Assembly: GCA_964291605.2 (NCBI GenBank)
Contig: OZ219745.1
Span: 1,250,664-1,314,663, forward strand
From: Vicinamibacterales bacterium
GTDB lineage: Bacteria > Acidobacteriota > Vicinamibacteria > Vicinamibacterales > UBA8438
Direction of reading: 5' to 3'
DNA length: 64,000 nt
Shown here in pieces: positions 52,587 through 61,403 of the stretch. Made by a program: the position numbers and the translations under genes. The notes beneath the pieces are model-generated. The model had not been told where the DNA came from. It was given only the letters and a program-made list of their open reading frames with translations, and did not search any database. The stretch's first letter is position 1, and the number at the start of each line of letters is the position of its first letter.

Positions 52587-53744
52587 TCAGGCGCGGGCGG
52601 GAGGCCGGGCTGTCGGCCGCGGCAGAGCGGCGAGCATCTGCTCGAGACGGCCCAATCCCTCGCGCAGCGGCTCGGCGCGCCCCCCGAACCCCAACCGCAG
52701 GTAGCCGTCCAGGCCGAAATGGTCGCCGGGGACGATCAGCACCCGCTCGGCTTCCCGCAGCCGCGTGGCGAGCGCGGTCGAGCCGATGTCATGGTCGTAG
52801 CGGATGAACGCCATCGCACCGGCCTCGGGCGGCACCCAGGACAGCGCGGATCCATTCGCGTCGAGCCAGTCTTCCACGATCCGGCAGTTGCCGGCGATCA
52901 TCCGCCGTGCGCGTTCCAGCAGAGCGGTCCTGCGCTCCGGGGCCAGGGCGTGGCGCGCGAGCCGGTCGCTGAGGGCGCCCGGTGCAATCGTCGTATAGTC
53001 GCGGCGGCTCCAGAGATCGGCCGCCATGGTCCGGGTGGTGACCACCCAGCCGATGCGCAAGCCGGGCAGCCCGTAGGCCTTCGACAACCCGCCCGTGACG
53101 ATCACCCGCTCCGTCCGTCCCCACGCCGTCGGCGTCTCGATCCCATCGTGCTCGACGCCGCGGTAGATCTCGTCGGACAGTACCCACGCCCCGTGCCGGC
53201 CCGCGATCTCGCAGACCGCCGCCAGTTCCGCCTCCGTCAGCCGCGCGCCGGTGGGGTTGTTCGGATTGCAGACGGCGACGAGCCGGGTGCGATCGGTCAC
53301 CAGCGCCTGCAGCTCGTCGAGGTCGGGCGCCCAGCGCGGTGCAGAGCCGGTGCGATCGTTTCTCAGCCGCCAGGGTCGGACGATGGCGCCGAAGCCTTCC
53401 GCCAGACCGTGCACCTGTCCGTAGTTCGGCTGCATCACCACGACCTCGTCGCCCGGCTCGACGTGGCGCCAGCAGGCGACGAAGTTGGCCTCCGCGCCAC
53501 CGTTCGTGACGAGGATCTCGTTCTCGGTCGCGCCGGGCAGGGTCCTGGCGATGGCCGCGCGCAGCTCCGCGGTGCCGTTGGTCTGCGTGTAGCCGAGCGG
53601 CTCATCGAGCAGGGCGCCGCCGGCGTCCGGGCCCAGGAGCTCGCCGACCTCGAGCGGCTCCACGCCGCTCTCCGACAGGTTGATCTCGACCTGATGCTCG
53701 TGGACCGACTGCAGGCGCTCGAGCTCGAAGGGCGGAATTCTCAT
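52587..53744 (-). CDS. class I/II pyridoxal-phosphate aminotransferase
   Basis: ATG at 53744 (MRIPPFELERLQSV..INLSESGV). NPNNPTG motif. GGLSKAYGLPGLRIGW contains the PLP lysine. The upstream part of ORF 52587..54014 covers a tandem repeat. Confidence 0.85.
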   Translation of the reverse strand: MRIPPFELERLQSVHEHQVEINLSESGVEPLEVGELLGPDAGGALLDEPLGYTQTNGTAELRAAIARTLPGATENEILVTNGGAEANFVACWRHVEPGDEVVVMQPNYGQVHGLAEGFGAIVRPWRLRNDRTGSAPRWAPDLDELQALVTDRTRLVAVCNPNNPTGARLTEAELAAVCEIAGRHGAWVLSDEIYRGVEHDGIETPTAWGRTERVIVTGGLSKAYGLPGLRIGWVVTTRTMAADLWSRRDYTTIAPGALSDRLARHALAPERRTALLERARRMIAGNCRIVEDWLDANGSALSWVPPEAGAMAFIRYDHDIGSTALATRLREAERVLIVPGDHFGLDGYLRLGFGGRAEPLREGLGRLEQMLAALPRPTARPPARA

Positions 53745-53790
53745 GGTGGGTACGCTCGGGATGCTGCTTGTCTGCGTCCGACGATCGTAC

Positions 53791-53927
53791 AACGGGCAAC
53801 GGGCTTCCCCGTGAGGCTCGAAAGACCGGCGTGCACAGGCTGGGTGCCATAGGAGCCGCCAACGGGAAACGGCGTGCCCGCAAGGCTCGAAGGGCCCGCG
53901 TGCGAAGGCCGGGCTACAGGAGCCGCC
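53791..53927. repeat. two tandem ~67-70-nt direct repeats in a divergent intergenic region
   Basis: The units at 53791..53860 and 53861..53927 both read AACGGG.AACGG...CCCG..AGGCTCGAA.G.CC.GCGTGC..AGGC.GGG....AGGAGCCGCC. Confidence 0.8.
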
Positions 53928-54012
53928 GTGCCGATCCGATATCAGCAGCGGGAGGACACTCCGCTGTCGGTGGCGGCGCGTATCGTCCCTTCCGCCCCGC
54001 CGGGCGGCCGAC

Positions 54013-54279
54013 ATGTGGAGGGAGCGGATGGAGCTGCTACGTTACAAATCGGGACCGCACCGCATCGAGATTGCCTGCTGCGCGCAGCCCCACGCCGTCG
54101 CCGACGAATCGTTCGAGGCGCAGGCGTTCCTGCTGCTGCACGACGACACCCCGCCGGTGACCGCGCCCCTGTCGGCTTCGTCGGCAGCGGGGGCCGTGCA
54201 GCGGGTTCACGAGTACCTCGACAGCATGGGCTACGAGGATCTCGTTGCGTTGGAGCGGCATCGAGCCGCAATCGACTGA
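54013..54279 (+). CDS. possible small hypothetical protein
   Basis: 88-aa ORF with an alternative ATG at 54028 (MELLRYKSGPHRIEIACC). No motif recognised. Confidence 0.35.
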   Translation: MWRERMELLRYKSGPHRIEIACCAQPHAVADESFEAQAFLLLHDDTPPVTAPLSASSAAGAVQRVHEYLDSMGYEDLVALERHRAAID

Positions 54280-54367
54280 GCGCCGCCCGCCCGGCGTAAC
54301 CTCCGGGTAGCGCACGTTTTCCGGCCTTCGCCGAGCGTGCTCGTTCCGGCCTTGGCGCCGCTCCTCC

Positions 54368-56233
54368 TCAGGACGGCGGCAGCGTGAACGTGACCAGCAT
54401 GTTGCTGCCCATCGGCGCCTCCAGTTCCGGCGCGTAGTTGCTCATTCGGAATATCGCCGCACCGCCCACCGGCACGGTCAGGTACTGCCGGCCGCCTGCC
54501 TCGTAGGTGACCGGGAAGCCGGTGATCTGGCTGCCCAGGATCGTTTCCCACAGCACGTCGCCGGTCTCGGCGTCGAAGGCGCGGTAGCGGCGGTTGAGGT
54601 CGCCGTGGAAGACCACGTTGCCGGCGGTGGCGAGCGTCGACCCGGCGTTCGGCGCCCGCTGCGTGTAGCGCCACGCCTCGCGGCCGGTCGAGATGTCCAG
54701 GGCCCGCACTTCGGTCAGGTGGCCGTCCTCCTCGAAGCCGGGCTCGGGCTGCGTGAACCGCGGGCTGGTCCCCGAGACCGTGCGGTCGTTGGCGGTCTGG
54801 TTCAGGCAGGACCGGTTGATCGGGATGTAGAGCATGCCGGTCCGCGGGCTGTACGACCACGACCACCAGCCCTTGACGTTGTGCCCGCAGATGATGAACT
54901 GGTCGCCGACCTCGCGCGCCACCAGGTCCATGTTGATGAAGACCTGTCCGGTCGCCGGGTCGATGTCGCTGATGACGAACCGCTCCGTGCTCGTGTAGGG
55001 CAGCGGGTTCGCCCACAGGAACTCGCCGGTCTCGCGGTCGAGGACGAACAGGCCGCCCGGCTCGCCCATCGTCACGGCGACCTTGCGCGGCTCGGCCGTG
55101 CCGGCGAGGCGCGGATTGATCCACATTACCGCCTCGGGGTCGGGGTCGACCACCGTGTCGATGAGGGTGCGCTCCTGCACGAAATCCTGGTCCCAGTCGT
55201 CGCAGGGGAGGTGCTGGTAGTACCACTCCATGGCGCCGTCGCCGACGGCTAGGGCCACCGTCGAGTTGGAGTACAGCTCGCAGGGGGTGCTGTCGCCGAC
55301 ATCCCAGTGGCCGCGGCGCATGATGCGGGTATAGGGCATCGGGACGGCTATGCCCCAGTAGATGAGGCCGAGCTCCGGATCGTAGCTGCCCGGGGCGCCC
55401 CACGCCGACACGTGCATCCGTTGCGACGTCGGCACGTTGCCCCAGGTCTGCCCGCCGGGGTCGTCCGCGCCGGCCGCCGTGTAGACCCGCCAGAGTTCCT
55501 CTCCGGTGTCCGCATCGTGGGCCGAGATGAAGCAGCGCGCCGGGATCTCGGTGGGGAAGCAGGCCCTCCCGGCGAGCACCCTGCCGTCGATGATCATGGC
55601 GCCCGTCGAGTGGGTGATCCCCGCGCGATAATCGGCCATCTCGGTGTCGAAGGCCACCTCGCCGGTGCGCGCGTCGAGGGCCAGCAGGTGCGCGTCGGCG
55701 GTCAGGTGGTAGATGTGGTTGCCGTAGATCGCCAGGTTCCGCGTCCGGTTCCCGAGGGTGACGTACTGGCGCAGATCCGCCGGAAGCTGCCGCCGGTAGT
55801 CCCAGAGCAGGTCGCCGGTCGTCGCGTCCAGCGCCTGGATGTGATCGTCGTTGTTCGCCAGATACATCACCCCGTCGTACACGAGCGGCTGGGTCTGCTG
55901 CGGACCCTCGTCCATCGCCCGCATCCAGGCCACCTGGAGCGTGTGCACGTTGTCGCGGTCGATCTCGTCGAGCGGGCTGTAGGCCTGGAAGTCGTAGGTC
56001 CGATGGGTCATCAGCCAGTCCCCGGGGTCGGGGTCCCGCAGCATTTCGTCGGTGACCGGTACGAACGGACGCACCTCGCGGGTGATCGTCTCGTCCTGCT
56101 GCGCGCTCAACAAGGGTGAGAAGATGAGGGCGGCAGCGCCCAGCAGCAGTCCAAGACAGCGTCGCCTGCGCCCGCGCGATGTGCTGCGGCGCAGACCCCT
56201 CGCGAGTGGCAGTGGTCGATTCGGCATCGTCAT
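54368..56233 (-). CDS. PQQ-dependent dehydrogenase (quinoprotein alcohol/glucose-dehydrogenase-type beta-propeller), secreted
   Basis: Signal RRRRCLGLLLGAAALIFSPLLSAQQ. Repeated W-docking motifs (GDLLWDY, GEELWRV, GEFLWAN, GREAWRY, GDVLWET). HLPCDDWDQDF. Confidence 0.85.
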   Translation of the reverse strand: MTMPNRPLPLARGLRRSTSRGRRRRCLGLLLGAAALIFSPLLSAQQDETITREVRPFVPVTDEMLRDPDPGDWLMTHRTYDFQAYSPLDEIDRDNVHTLQVAWMRAMDEGPQQTQPLVYDGVMYLANNDDHIQALDATTGDLLWDYRRQLPADLRQYVTLGNRTRNLAIYGNHIYHLTADAHLLALDARTGEVAFDTEMADYRAGITHSTGAMIIDGRVLAGRACFPTEIPARCFISAHDADTGEELWRVYTAAGADDPGGQTWGNVPTSQRMHVSAWGAPGSYDPELGLIYWGIAVPMPYTRIMRRGHWDVGDSTPCELYSNSTVALAVGDGAMEWYYQHLPCDDWDQDFVQERTLIDTVVDPDPEAVMWINPRLAGTAEPRKVAVTMGEPGGLFVLDRETGEFLWANPLPYTSTERFVISDIDPATGQVFINMDLVAREVGDQFIICGHNVKGWWSWSYSPRTGMLYIPINRSCLNQTANDRTVSGTSPRFTQPEPGFEEDGHLTEVRALDISTGREAWRYTQRAPNAGSTLATAGNVVFHGDLNRRYRAFDAETGDVLWETILGSQITGFPVTYEAGGRQYLTVPVGGAAIFRMSNYAPELEAPMGSNMLVTFTLPPS

Positions 56234-56473
56234 CTCCTCAGGAGCGGCTTCGACGTCCGTACGGCGCCGGATTACCCTCCTTGCTGCCCGCTACCATACG
56301 CCAACCGGGTCGGTTTCGCACCTTCGGGACTGCCTCCGGCCGTCGGTTCGCCAGGTCGGTGGGACAGTGCCGCGGACGCCCGCGCCGAGCGGTCCGGTCA
56401 GGCTGCGGAGCGTCCCTGCGGGGCCTTCGTCACGGCGTAGGCGGGTGCGTGATCGGTTAGGATCTAAAGGGTT

Positions 56474-57826
56474 ATGGATGATCACGGGCTGCGCGTCTAC
56501 GACTCGATTCTCGGTCTGCAATCCGACGCCGAAAACCCGACGCCGCTGGTCCGCCTGAACCGCGTCACGCCGTTCCGTCACACCCAGGTCTACGGCAAGC
56601 TGGAGTGGTACAACCCTTTCGGCGCGGTCAAGGACCGCGTCGCGGCCAACCTGGTCGCCGACGGCGAGGCGCGGAGGACGGTGCAGGAGAAGCAGAAGCT
56701 GGTGGAGCCGACGTCCGGCAACACGGGCATGGCGCTGGCGATGATCGCCAACGCGAAGGGCTACTCGCTGACGACGCCGTTGTCGAGCGAGATTCCTCTC
56801 GAGAAGCGCACCATGCTGCGGTTCTTCGGAGCGGACGTGATGGAGCTGGCGGATACCCTGTGTCCGGCCCCGGGGGCGCCGGAAGGCGCGATCGCCACGG
56901 CCATGGAGATCGGGGAGCGCCCCGACTTCCACATGCTGAACCAGTATGTCAACGAGGCGAACCCCGAGGCGCACTACAAGACGACGGGGCCGGAGATCTG
57001 GCGCCAGACCGCGGGCCGGGTGACGCACTTCGTCGCCGGTCTCGGCACCTGCGGCACCATCACCGGCACCGGGCGGTTTCTCAAGGAGCGGGGCGACGGG
57101 GTGCGGGTGCTCGGCGTGCATCCGAGCGAGGGGCACGATATTCCAGGCGTGCGCAGCATCCGGCAGCTTCAGCAGACGAAGCTGTTCTTCCCGGACGAGT
57201 ACGACGGGCTGGTCGAGGTGAACAACCAGGAGGCGTTCGAGCTCTGCCTGCGGCTCAACCGCGAGGAGAGCCTCGTCGCCGGTCCCAGCTCGGCCATGGC
57301 CCTGGCCGGCGCGTTCAAGCTGGTGCCGGACGAGCCGGGCAACGTCGTGGTGGTGATCTTCCCGGACAACGCCTTCAAGTACGCGTCGTCGGTGGTGAAG
57401 CACCTGCCGGGGCTCGTCGCGCGGGAAGCGAAGCCCGCCGCGCCGGCGCGCAACCCGCTGCTCGACACGATGGTGGAGAACGTGCGGGGCAACGCCGACC
57501 TGACCATCGATGTCGAGTCGGCGCACGCGCAGCTGCAGAACGGCAGGCCGTTCGTGATCGACGTGCGGCCGCGGAAGCAATACGAGGAGGCGCACGTGCC
57601 GGGCGCCGTCAACCGCCCGCTCGCGGAGCTCCCCGAGAACCACGCCGGGCTGCCGGAGGATCGCGACGCGCCGATCCTGAGCGTCTGCCAGCGGGGGAAC
57701 GCGTCGCTGTCGGGGCTGCTGTTCCTGAAGTCGCTCGGCTATCGCAACGTGCGGAGCATCACCGGCGGCACGCTGGCGTGGCGGGAGAAGGGCTTCGCCA
57801 CCGAGTCGGGGGCGGAATCGGACTGA
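56474..57826 (+). CDS. cysM: CysM-type (CysO-thiocarboxylate-dependent) cysteine synthase fused to a C-terminal rhodanese domain
   Basis: LEWYNPFGAVKDRVA contains the PLP lysine. EPTSGNTGMALA. C-terminal rhodanese FVIDVRPRKQYEEAHVPGAVN..SVCQRGNAS. Confidence 0.8.
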   Translation: MDDHGLRVYDSILGLQSDAENPTPLVRLNRVTPFRHTQVYGKLEWYNPFGAVKDRVAANLVADGEARRTVQEKQKLVEPTSGNTGMALAMIANAKGYSLTTPLSSEIPLEKRTMLRFFGADVMELADTLCPAPGAPEGAIATAMEIGERPDFHMLNQYVNEANPEAHYKTTGPEIWRQTAGRVTHFVAGLGTCGTITGTGRFLKERGDGVRVLGVHPSEGHDIPGVRSIRQLQQTKLFFPDEYDGLVEVNNQEAFELCLRLNREESLVAGPSSAMALAGAFKLVPDEPGNVVVVIFPDNAFKYASSVVKHLPGLVAREAKPAAPARNPLLDTMVENVRGNADLTIDVESAHAQLQNGRPFVIDVRPRKQYEEAHVPGAVNRPLAELPENHAGLPEDRDAPILSVCQRGNASLSGLLFLKSLGYRNVRSITGGTLAWREKGFATESGAESD

Positions 57827-57832
57827 GCGGAC

Positions 57833-58276
57833 GTGGGGCGACCGATGCTGACGCTCTGCGCCGAGGCCGACACCGGCATTCGGCGTCACGGCCGCGAGAC
57901 GTACCCGCACGAGTGCTGCGGGGCGCTCCTCGGTCGCAACGATCGGGTGGTCGAAGCGCTGGCTCTGCCCAACACCACCGAGGAGGGATCACGGCGCCGG
58001 TTCCGGGTGCGGCCGGCCGACTACCGCGCGGCCGAGCAGCGGGCGGACGCACTGGGCGCCGACCTGCTGGGCTTCTATCACTCGCACCCGGACCATCCGG
58101 CGCGGCCGTCGCAGTACGACCTGGACCACGCCTGGCCGGTGTTCGCCTACGTGATCGTCTCGGTCGAGGGCGGTGAGCCGGGAGCGCTGACCTCGTGGCG
58201 GTTGCGCGAGGACCGTTCGGCGTTCGACGAGGAGCCGGTCGCCATCGAGGAAACAACATGCCAACCAGGATTCTGA
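57833..58276 (+). CDS. mec: JAMM/MPN+ metalloprotease (Mec-type)
   Basis: ECCGALLG and the JAMM motif HSHPDHPARPSQYD. An alternative start is ATG at 57845. Confidence 0.85.
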   Translation: MGRPMLTLCAEADTGIRRHGRETYPHECCGALLGRNDRVVEALALPNTTEEGSRRRFRVRPADYRAAEQRADALGADLLGFYHSHPDHPARPSQYDLDHAWPVFAYVIVSVEGGEPGALTSWRLREDRSAFDEEPVAIEETTCQPGF

Positions 58277-58542
58277 TCCCGACGCCGTTGCGCGTCTACG
58301 CGGACAAGCAGGACGTCGTCGAGGCCGAGGGCGCGACCGTCGGCGAGCTGCTCGCGAACATGACCGCCCGCTACGCCGACCTGCGCAAGCACCTCTACAA
58401 CGAGGAGGGCAAGCTGCGCAGCTTCGTCGCCATCTACGTCAACGACGACGACATCCGCTTCCTCGACAAGGAGGCGACGCCGGTCAAGGACGGCGATACC
58501 GTCAGCATCATCCCGTCGGTGGCGGGCGGGGTGCGGTCGTGA
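58258..58542 (+). CDS. cysO: ThiS/MoaD-fold sulfur-carrier protein CysO with a 3-residue extension after the Gly-Gly
   Basis: FVAIYVNDDDIRF..DGDTVSIIPSVAGG-VRS is close to M. tuberculosis CysO (FVNIYVNDEDVRF..DGDSVTILPAVAGG, from memory). Confidence 0.8.
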   Translation: MPTRILIPTPLRVYADKQDVVEAEGATVGELLANMTARYADLRKHLYNEEGKLRSFVAIYVNDDDIRFLDKEATPVKDGDTVSIIPSVAGGVRS

Positions 58543-59708
58543 CCGTCGCGGCGCCGCCGGCGCTCAGCAACGAGGAGGTCGCCCGCTACAGCCGCCACCT
58601 GATCATGCCGGAGGTCGGCATGGACGGGCAGTTGAAGCTGAAGGCGGCCAGCGTCCTCTGCATCGGCGCCGGAGGCCTCGGCTCTCCCGTGGCGATGTAC
58701 CTGGCCGCGGCCGGCGTCGGCCGGCTCGGCATCGTGGACTTCGACGTGGTCGACTACAGCAACCTGCAGCGGCAGGTGATCCACGGCACGCCGGACGTCG
58801 GACGGCCGAAGCTCGAGTCGGCGCGCGACACGCTGCACGCGATCAATCCCGAGGTGCGCATAGAGACCCACGAGGTGGCGCTCTCGTCCGCCAACGCCCT
58901 CGACGTGCTGCGCGGTTACGACGTCATCGTGGACGGCACCGACAACTTCCCGACCCGCTACCTCGTCAACGACGCCTGCGTAATCCTCGGCATTCCGAAC
59001 GCCTACGGCAGCATCTTTCGCTTCGAGGGGCAGGCCTCGGTCTTCGCGGCCAAGGACGGCCCGTGCTACCGCTGCCTCTATCCCGAGCCGCCGCCGCCCG
59101 GTCTCGTGCCGAGCTGCGCCGAGGGCGGGGTGCTCGGGATTCTGCCCGGGGTCGTCGGCACGATCCAGGCGACCGAGACGGTCAAGCTGATCATGGGCGT
59201 CGGCGAGCCGCTCATCGGCCGCTTCCTGGTCTACGACGCCCTGCGGATGCGCTTCCGCGAGCTCAAGCTGCGCAAGGACCCGGACTGCCCGGTCTGCGGG
59301 GACGAACCGACGGTCACGGAGCTGATCGACTACGAGCAGTTCTGCGGCATCACGCCGGCCGCCCCGGCCCCCGAGCCGGCCGCCGGCGCCGGAGACGATG
59401 CGACGGTCGAGCAGCTCAAGGCGCGCATCGACAGCGGGGACGGCGTCTTCATCCTCGACGTGCGCGAGCCGCAGGAGTACCGGATCTGCTCGATCCCCGG
59501 CTCGACGCTGATCCCGCTCGGCGATCTCCCGAGCCGCCTCCACGAGCTGGAGGGGCGCGGCGAGATGGTTGTCCACTGCAAGTCGGGCGCCCGCAGCGCC
59601 AAGGCGGTCAAGCTGCTCCGCGAGGCCGGCTTCGCGCGGGCGAGGAACCTGAAGGGCGGCATCCTGCGCTGGATCGACGCCGTCGACCCGTCGCTGCCGA
59701 AGTACTGA
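58539..59708 (+). CDS. moeZ: MoeB/ThiF-type E1-like adenylyltransferase with a C-terminal rhodanese domain (MoeZ-like)
   Basis: RYSRHLIMPEVG, ATP loop GAGGLGSP, CxxC pairs (CYRC, CPVC), rhodanese VVHCKSGARS. GTG overlaps the cysO stop as GTGA. Confidence 0.85.
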   Translation: MTVAAPPALSNEEVARYSRHLIMPEVGMDGQLKLKAASVLCIGAGGLGSPVAMYLAAAGVGRLGIVDFDVVDYSNLQRQVIHGTPDVGRPKLESARDTLHAINPEVRIETHEVALSSANALDVLRGYDVIVDGTDNFPTRYLVNDACVILGIPNAYGSIFRFEGQASVFAAKDGPCYRCLYPEPPPPGLVPSCAEGGVLGILPGVVGTIQATETVKLIMGVGEPLIGRFLVYDALRMRFRELKLRKDPDCPVCGDEPTVTELIDYEQFCGITPAAPAPEPAAGAGDDATVEQLKARIDSGDGVFILDVREPQEYRICSIPGSTLIPLGDLPSRLHELEGRGEMVVHCKSGARSAKAVKLLREAGFARARNLKGGILRWIDAVDPSLPKY

Positions 59709-59759
59709 AGTCTTCGCCGCTCGGCGGGGCGTTGACTCCGAGTCCGGAACGCAAGCGAG

Positions 59760-60266
59760 ATGAACGACGACACGCCGCTCGACGCTTTCGTTCCGGCACC
59801 GTTCAGGGAGTTCGACGACCCTGCGCGCGACCTGCCGAGGATCGCGAAGGATCGGTCCGCCATGACGAAGATCCGGGCCGCGGTGGCGCAGGTGCCGACT
59901 CGTCACCGGCTCTTGCTCGGCGACGCCCGCCGCGCCGTCCTGCCGGCCGAATCGATTCACCTCGGCGACACGGTGCTGGATCCCTTCACCGGAACCGCGT
60001 CGACCCAGGTGGCGGCGGCGTGCGGCCGGAATACGCTAGGTATCGAGGTCGACCCGGTCTACTACGGGAAGGCGCTGGCGCGGCTGCGGACCGAGACGGC
60101 CAGCCTGCTGAGATCTCTGCCCGGGGCTCCAGTGCCCGCGCTAAGGCGCGCCACGAGCGAACGGTTGACCTGCCCCCGTTCCATGTCTGCATCATGCGCT
60201 GACTGCGCGGAGCGGTGCAAGGCGTCCTGTTGTGCGAGGGTCGCCGAAGCGAGCAGCCCAACGTAA
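59760..60266 (+). pseudogene. N4/N6 DNA methyltransferase remnant with an internal deletion that removes the catalytic (D/S)PPY region
   Basis: HRLLLGDARRAVLPAESIHL is joined directly to GDTVLDPFTGTASTQVAAACGRNTLGIEVDPVYYGKALARL (the AdoMet motif I region). The ~150 aa normally between them are missing, and the tail has no homology. Confidence 0.5.
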
Positions 60267-60350
60267 GTTCTTGGACTGGTGGGATCAGCTTCGTGCTGAC
60301 GGTCCATCCGCACGTTGACCTGTCCGGCCCGATGTGTCACATTGGTGCAC

Positions 60351-60593
60351 ATGGAGCGGATCGGGATTCGTGACCTGCACATGAAGACAGGCGAATGGGT
60401 GCGCCGCGCCGCGCGCGGTGAAGGCGTGGTCGTGACGGAGCGGGGCCGTCCGGTGGCGTCTCTCGTGCCGTTTCGCGTGGGCGATGCGGACCGGTCGTTT
60501 CGCGACCGCATTCTGCTGCCCGAGTTCGAAGCCTTGCCCGCGATCCCCGGCGACTCGACCGCCGACGTGTCCGACGACCGGGATCGTGGATGA
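60351..60593 (+). CDS. Phd/YefM-type antitoxin
   Basis: MERIGIRDLHMKTGEWVRRAARGEGVVVTERGRPVASLVP. The stop overlaps the toxin ATG as ATGA. Confidence 0.75.
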   Translation: MERIGIRDLHMKTGEWVRRAARGEGVVVTERGRPVASLVPFRVGDADRSFRDRILLPEFEALPAIPGDSTADVSDDRDRG

Positions 60594-61030
60594 CGTACTT
60601 CGATACGGCGTACGTACTCAAGTGCTACGTCCAGGAGCCGGGCTCGGAGCAGGTACGGGCGTTCGCCCGCGGTTGCGAACGCCTGGCGTGCTCTGTCTAT
60701 GGTCGACTGGAGCTGCATGCAGCCCTCCACCGCAAGCTGCGCGAAGGGAGACTCGACGAGCGGGGCCTGGATGTAGTCCTGCGACAACTGAGCGTGGACG
60801 AATCGGTAGGGCTCTGGGAATGGCTGCCCTTGACGGCGCGCGTCAGGGCGGCGGTCGCCGATGTCTACGGGAGGTTGTCTCGTGACGTGTTCCTGCGAAC
60901 CGGTGATGCCGTCCACCTGCTGTCTGCCCGCGAGCACGGGTTGCAGGAGATCTACAGCAACGATCGACACCTGCTGGCGGCGGCTCCGCACGTGGGAATA
61001 AGGGGCCGGGACGTGATCTTATGTAGCTAA
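60590..61030 (+). CDS. vapC: PIN-domain toxin VapC
   Basis: MTYFDTAYVLKCYVQE..TGDAVHLLSAREHGLQEIYSNDRHL, with the PIN acidic residues D5, E, D and D/N. Confidence 0.8.
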   Translation: MTYFDTAYVLKCYVQEPGSEQVRAFARGCERLACSVYGRLELHAALHRKLREGRLDERGLDVVLRQLSVDESVGLWEWLPLTARVRAAVADVYGRLSRDVFLRTGDAVHLLSAREHGLQEIYSNDRHLLAAAPHVGIRGRDVILCS

Positions 61031-61057
61031 AGGGACTGGATTCATCGCCTGCATAAG

Positions 61058-61369
61058 ATGTTAAGGTCTGTCGACGTTGCTCGCCGAACGGTTCCGGACT
61101 CCGTCCGCTTCGGAAGTGAGGAGGTCTTCGCCGAGGGGTTGACGCGCAACGCGTCGGCGTTCGCGCGTTTCTTCGACGCGCTGGGCTTCTGCCACGGGCA
61201 GGTGCTGAACTTCAGCAACGTCGCGCGCGACTGCGGCGTGGATGCAAAGACGCCTCTGGGGGAACGCGATCATCGAGTGACCCCGGTGGTCTCGCGGCCG
61301 GCCGGGACGAGCGACTCCTCTCCGGGGCTTCCGCGCCATCGAGCGCGCCGCTCGCCCGCCACGTCTTGA
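61058..61369 (+). pseudogene. fragment of a DUF4143/AAA+ ATPase-family gene
   Basis: EGLTRNASAFARFFDALGFCHGQVLNFSNVARDCGVDAKT matches the central region of DUF4143 ATPases. The N-terminal P-loop and the C-terminus are missing. Confidence 0.4.
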
Positions 61370-61403
61370 GCCACCGCGCGCCGTGCATTAGCCTGTCCGC
61401 GAC

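Noticed and set aside
56234-56473. A possible SAM/SAH-type riboswitch in the 240-nt leader upstream of cysM. It contains CCGAG, CAGGCT and GGAGCG strings.
   Set aside because: The elements are in the wrong order and spacing for the SAH or SAM-I consensus as I remember them. The region is also the divergent promoter region of the PQQ dehydrogenase. A cmsearch would be needed to revisit this.
56474-59708. The JAMM protease + ubiquitin-like protein + E1-like enzyme as a bacterial ubiquitin-like conjugation or Bil-type antiphage system.
   Set aside because: No E2-like gene is present. The Ubl closely matches CysO. The operon starts with a CysM-type PLP enzyme and contains two rhodanese domains, so it fits the established sulfur-carrier cysteine pathway.
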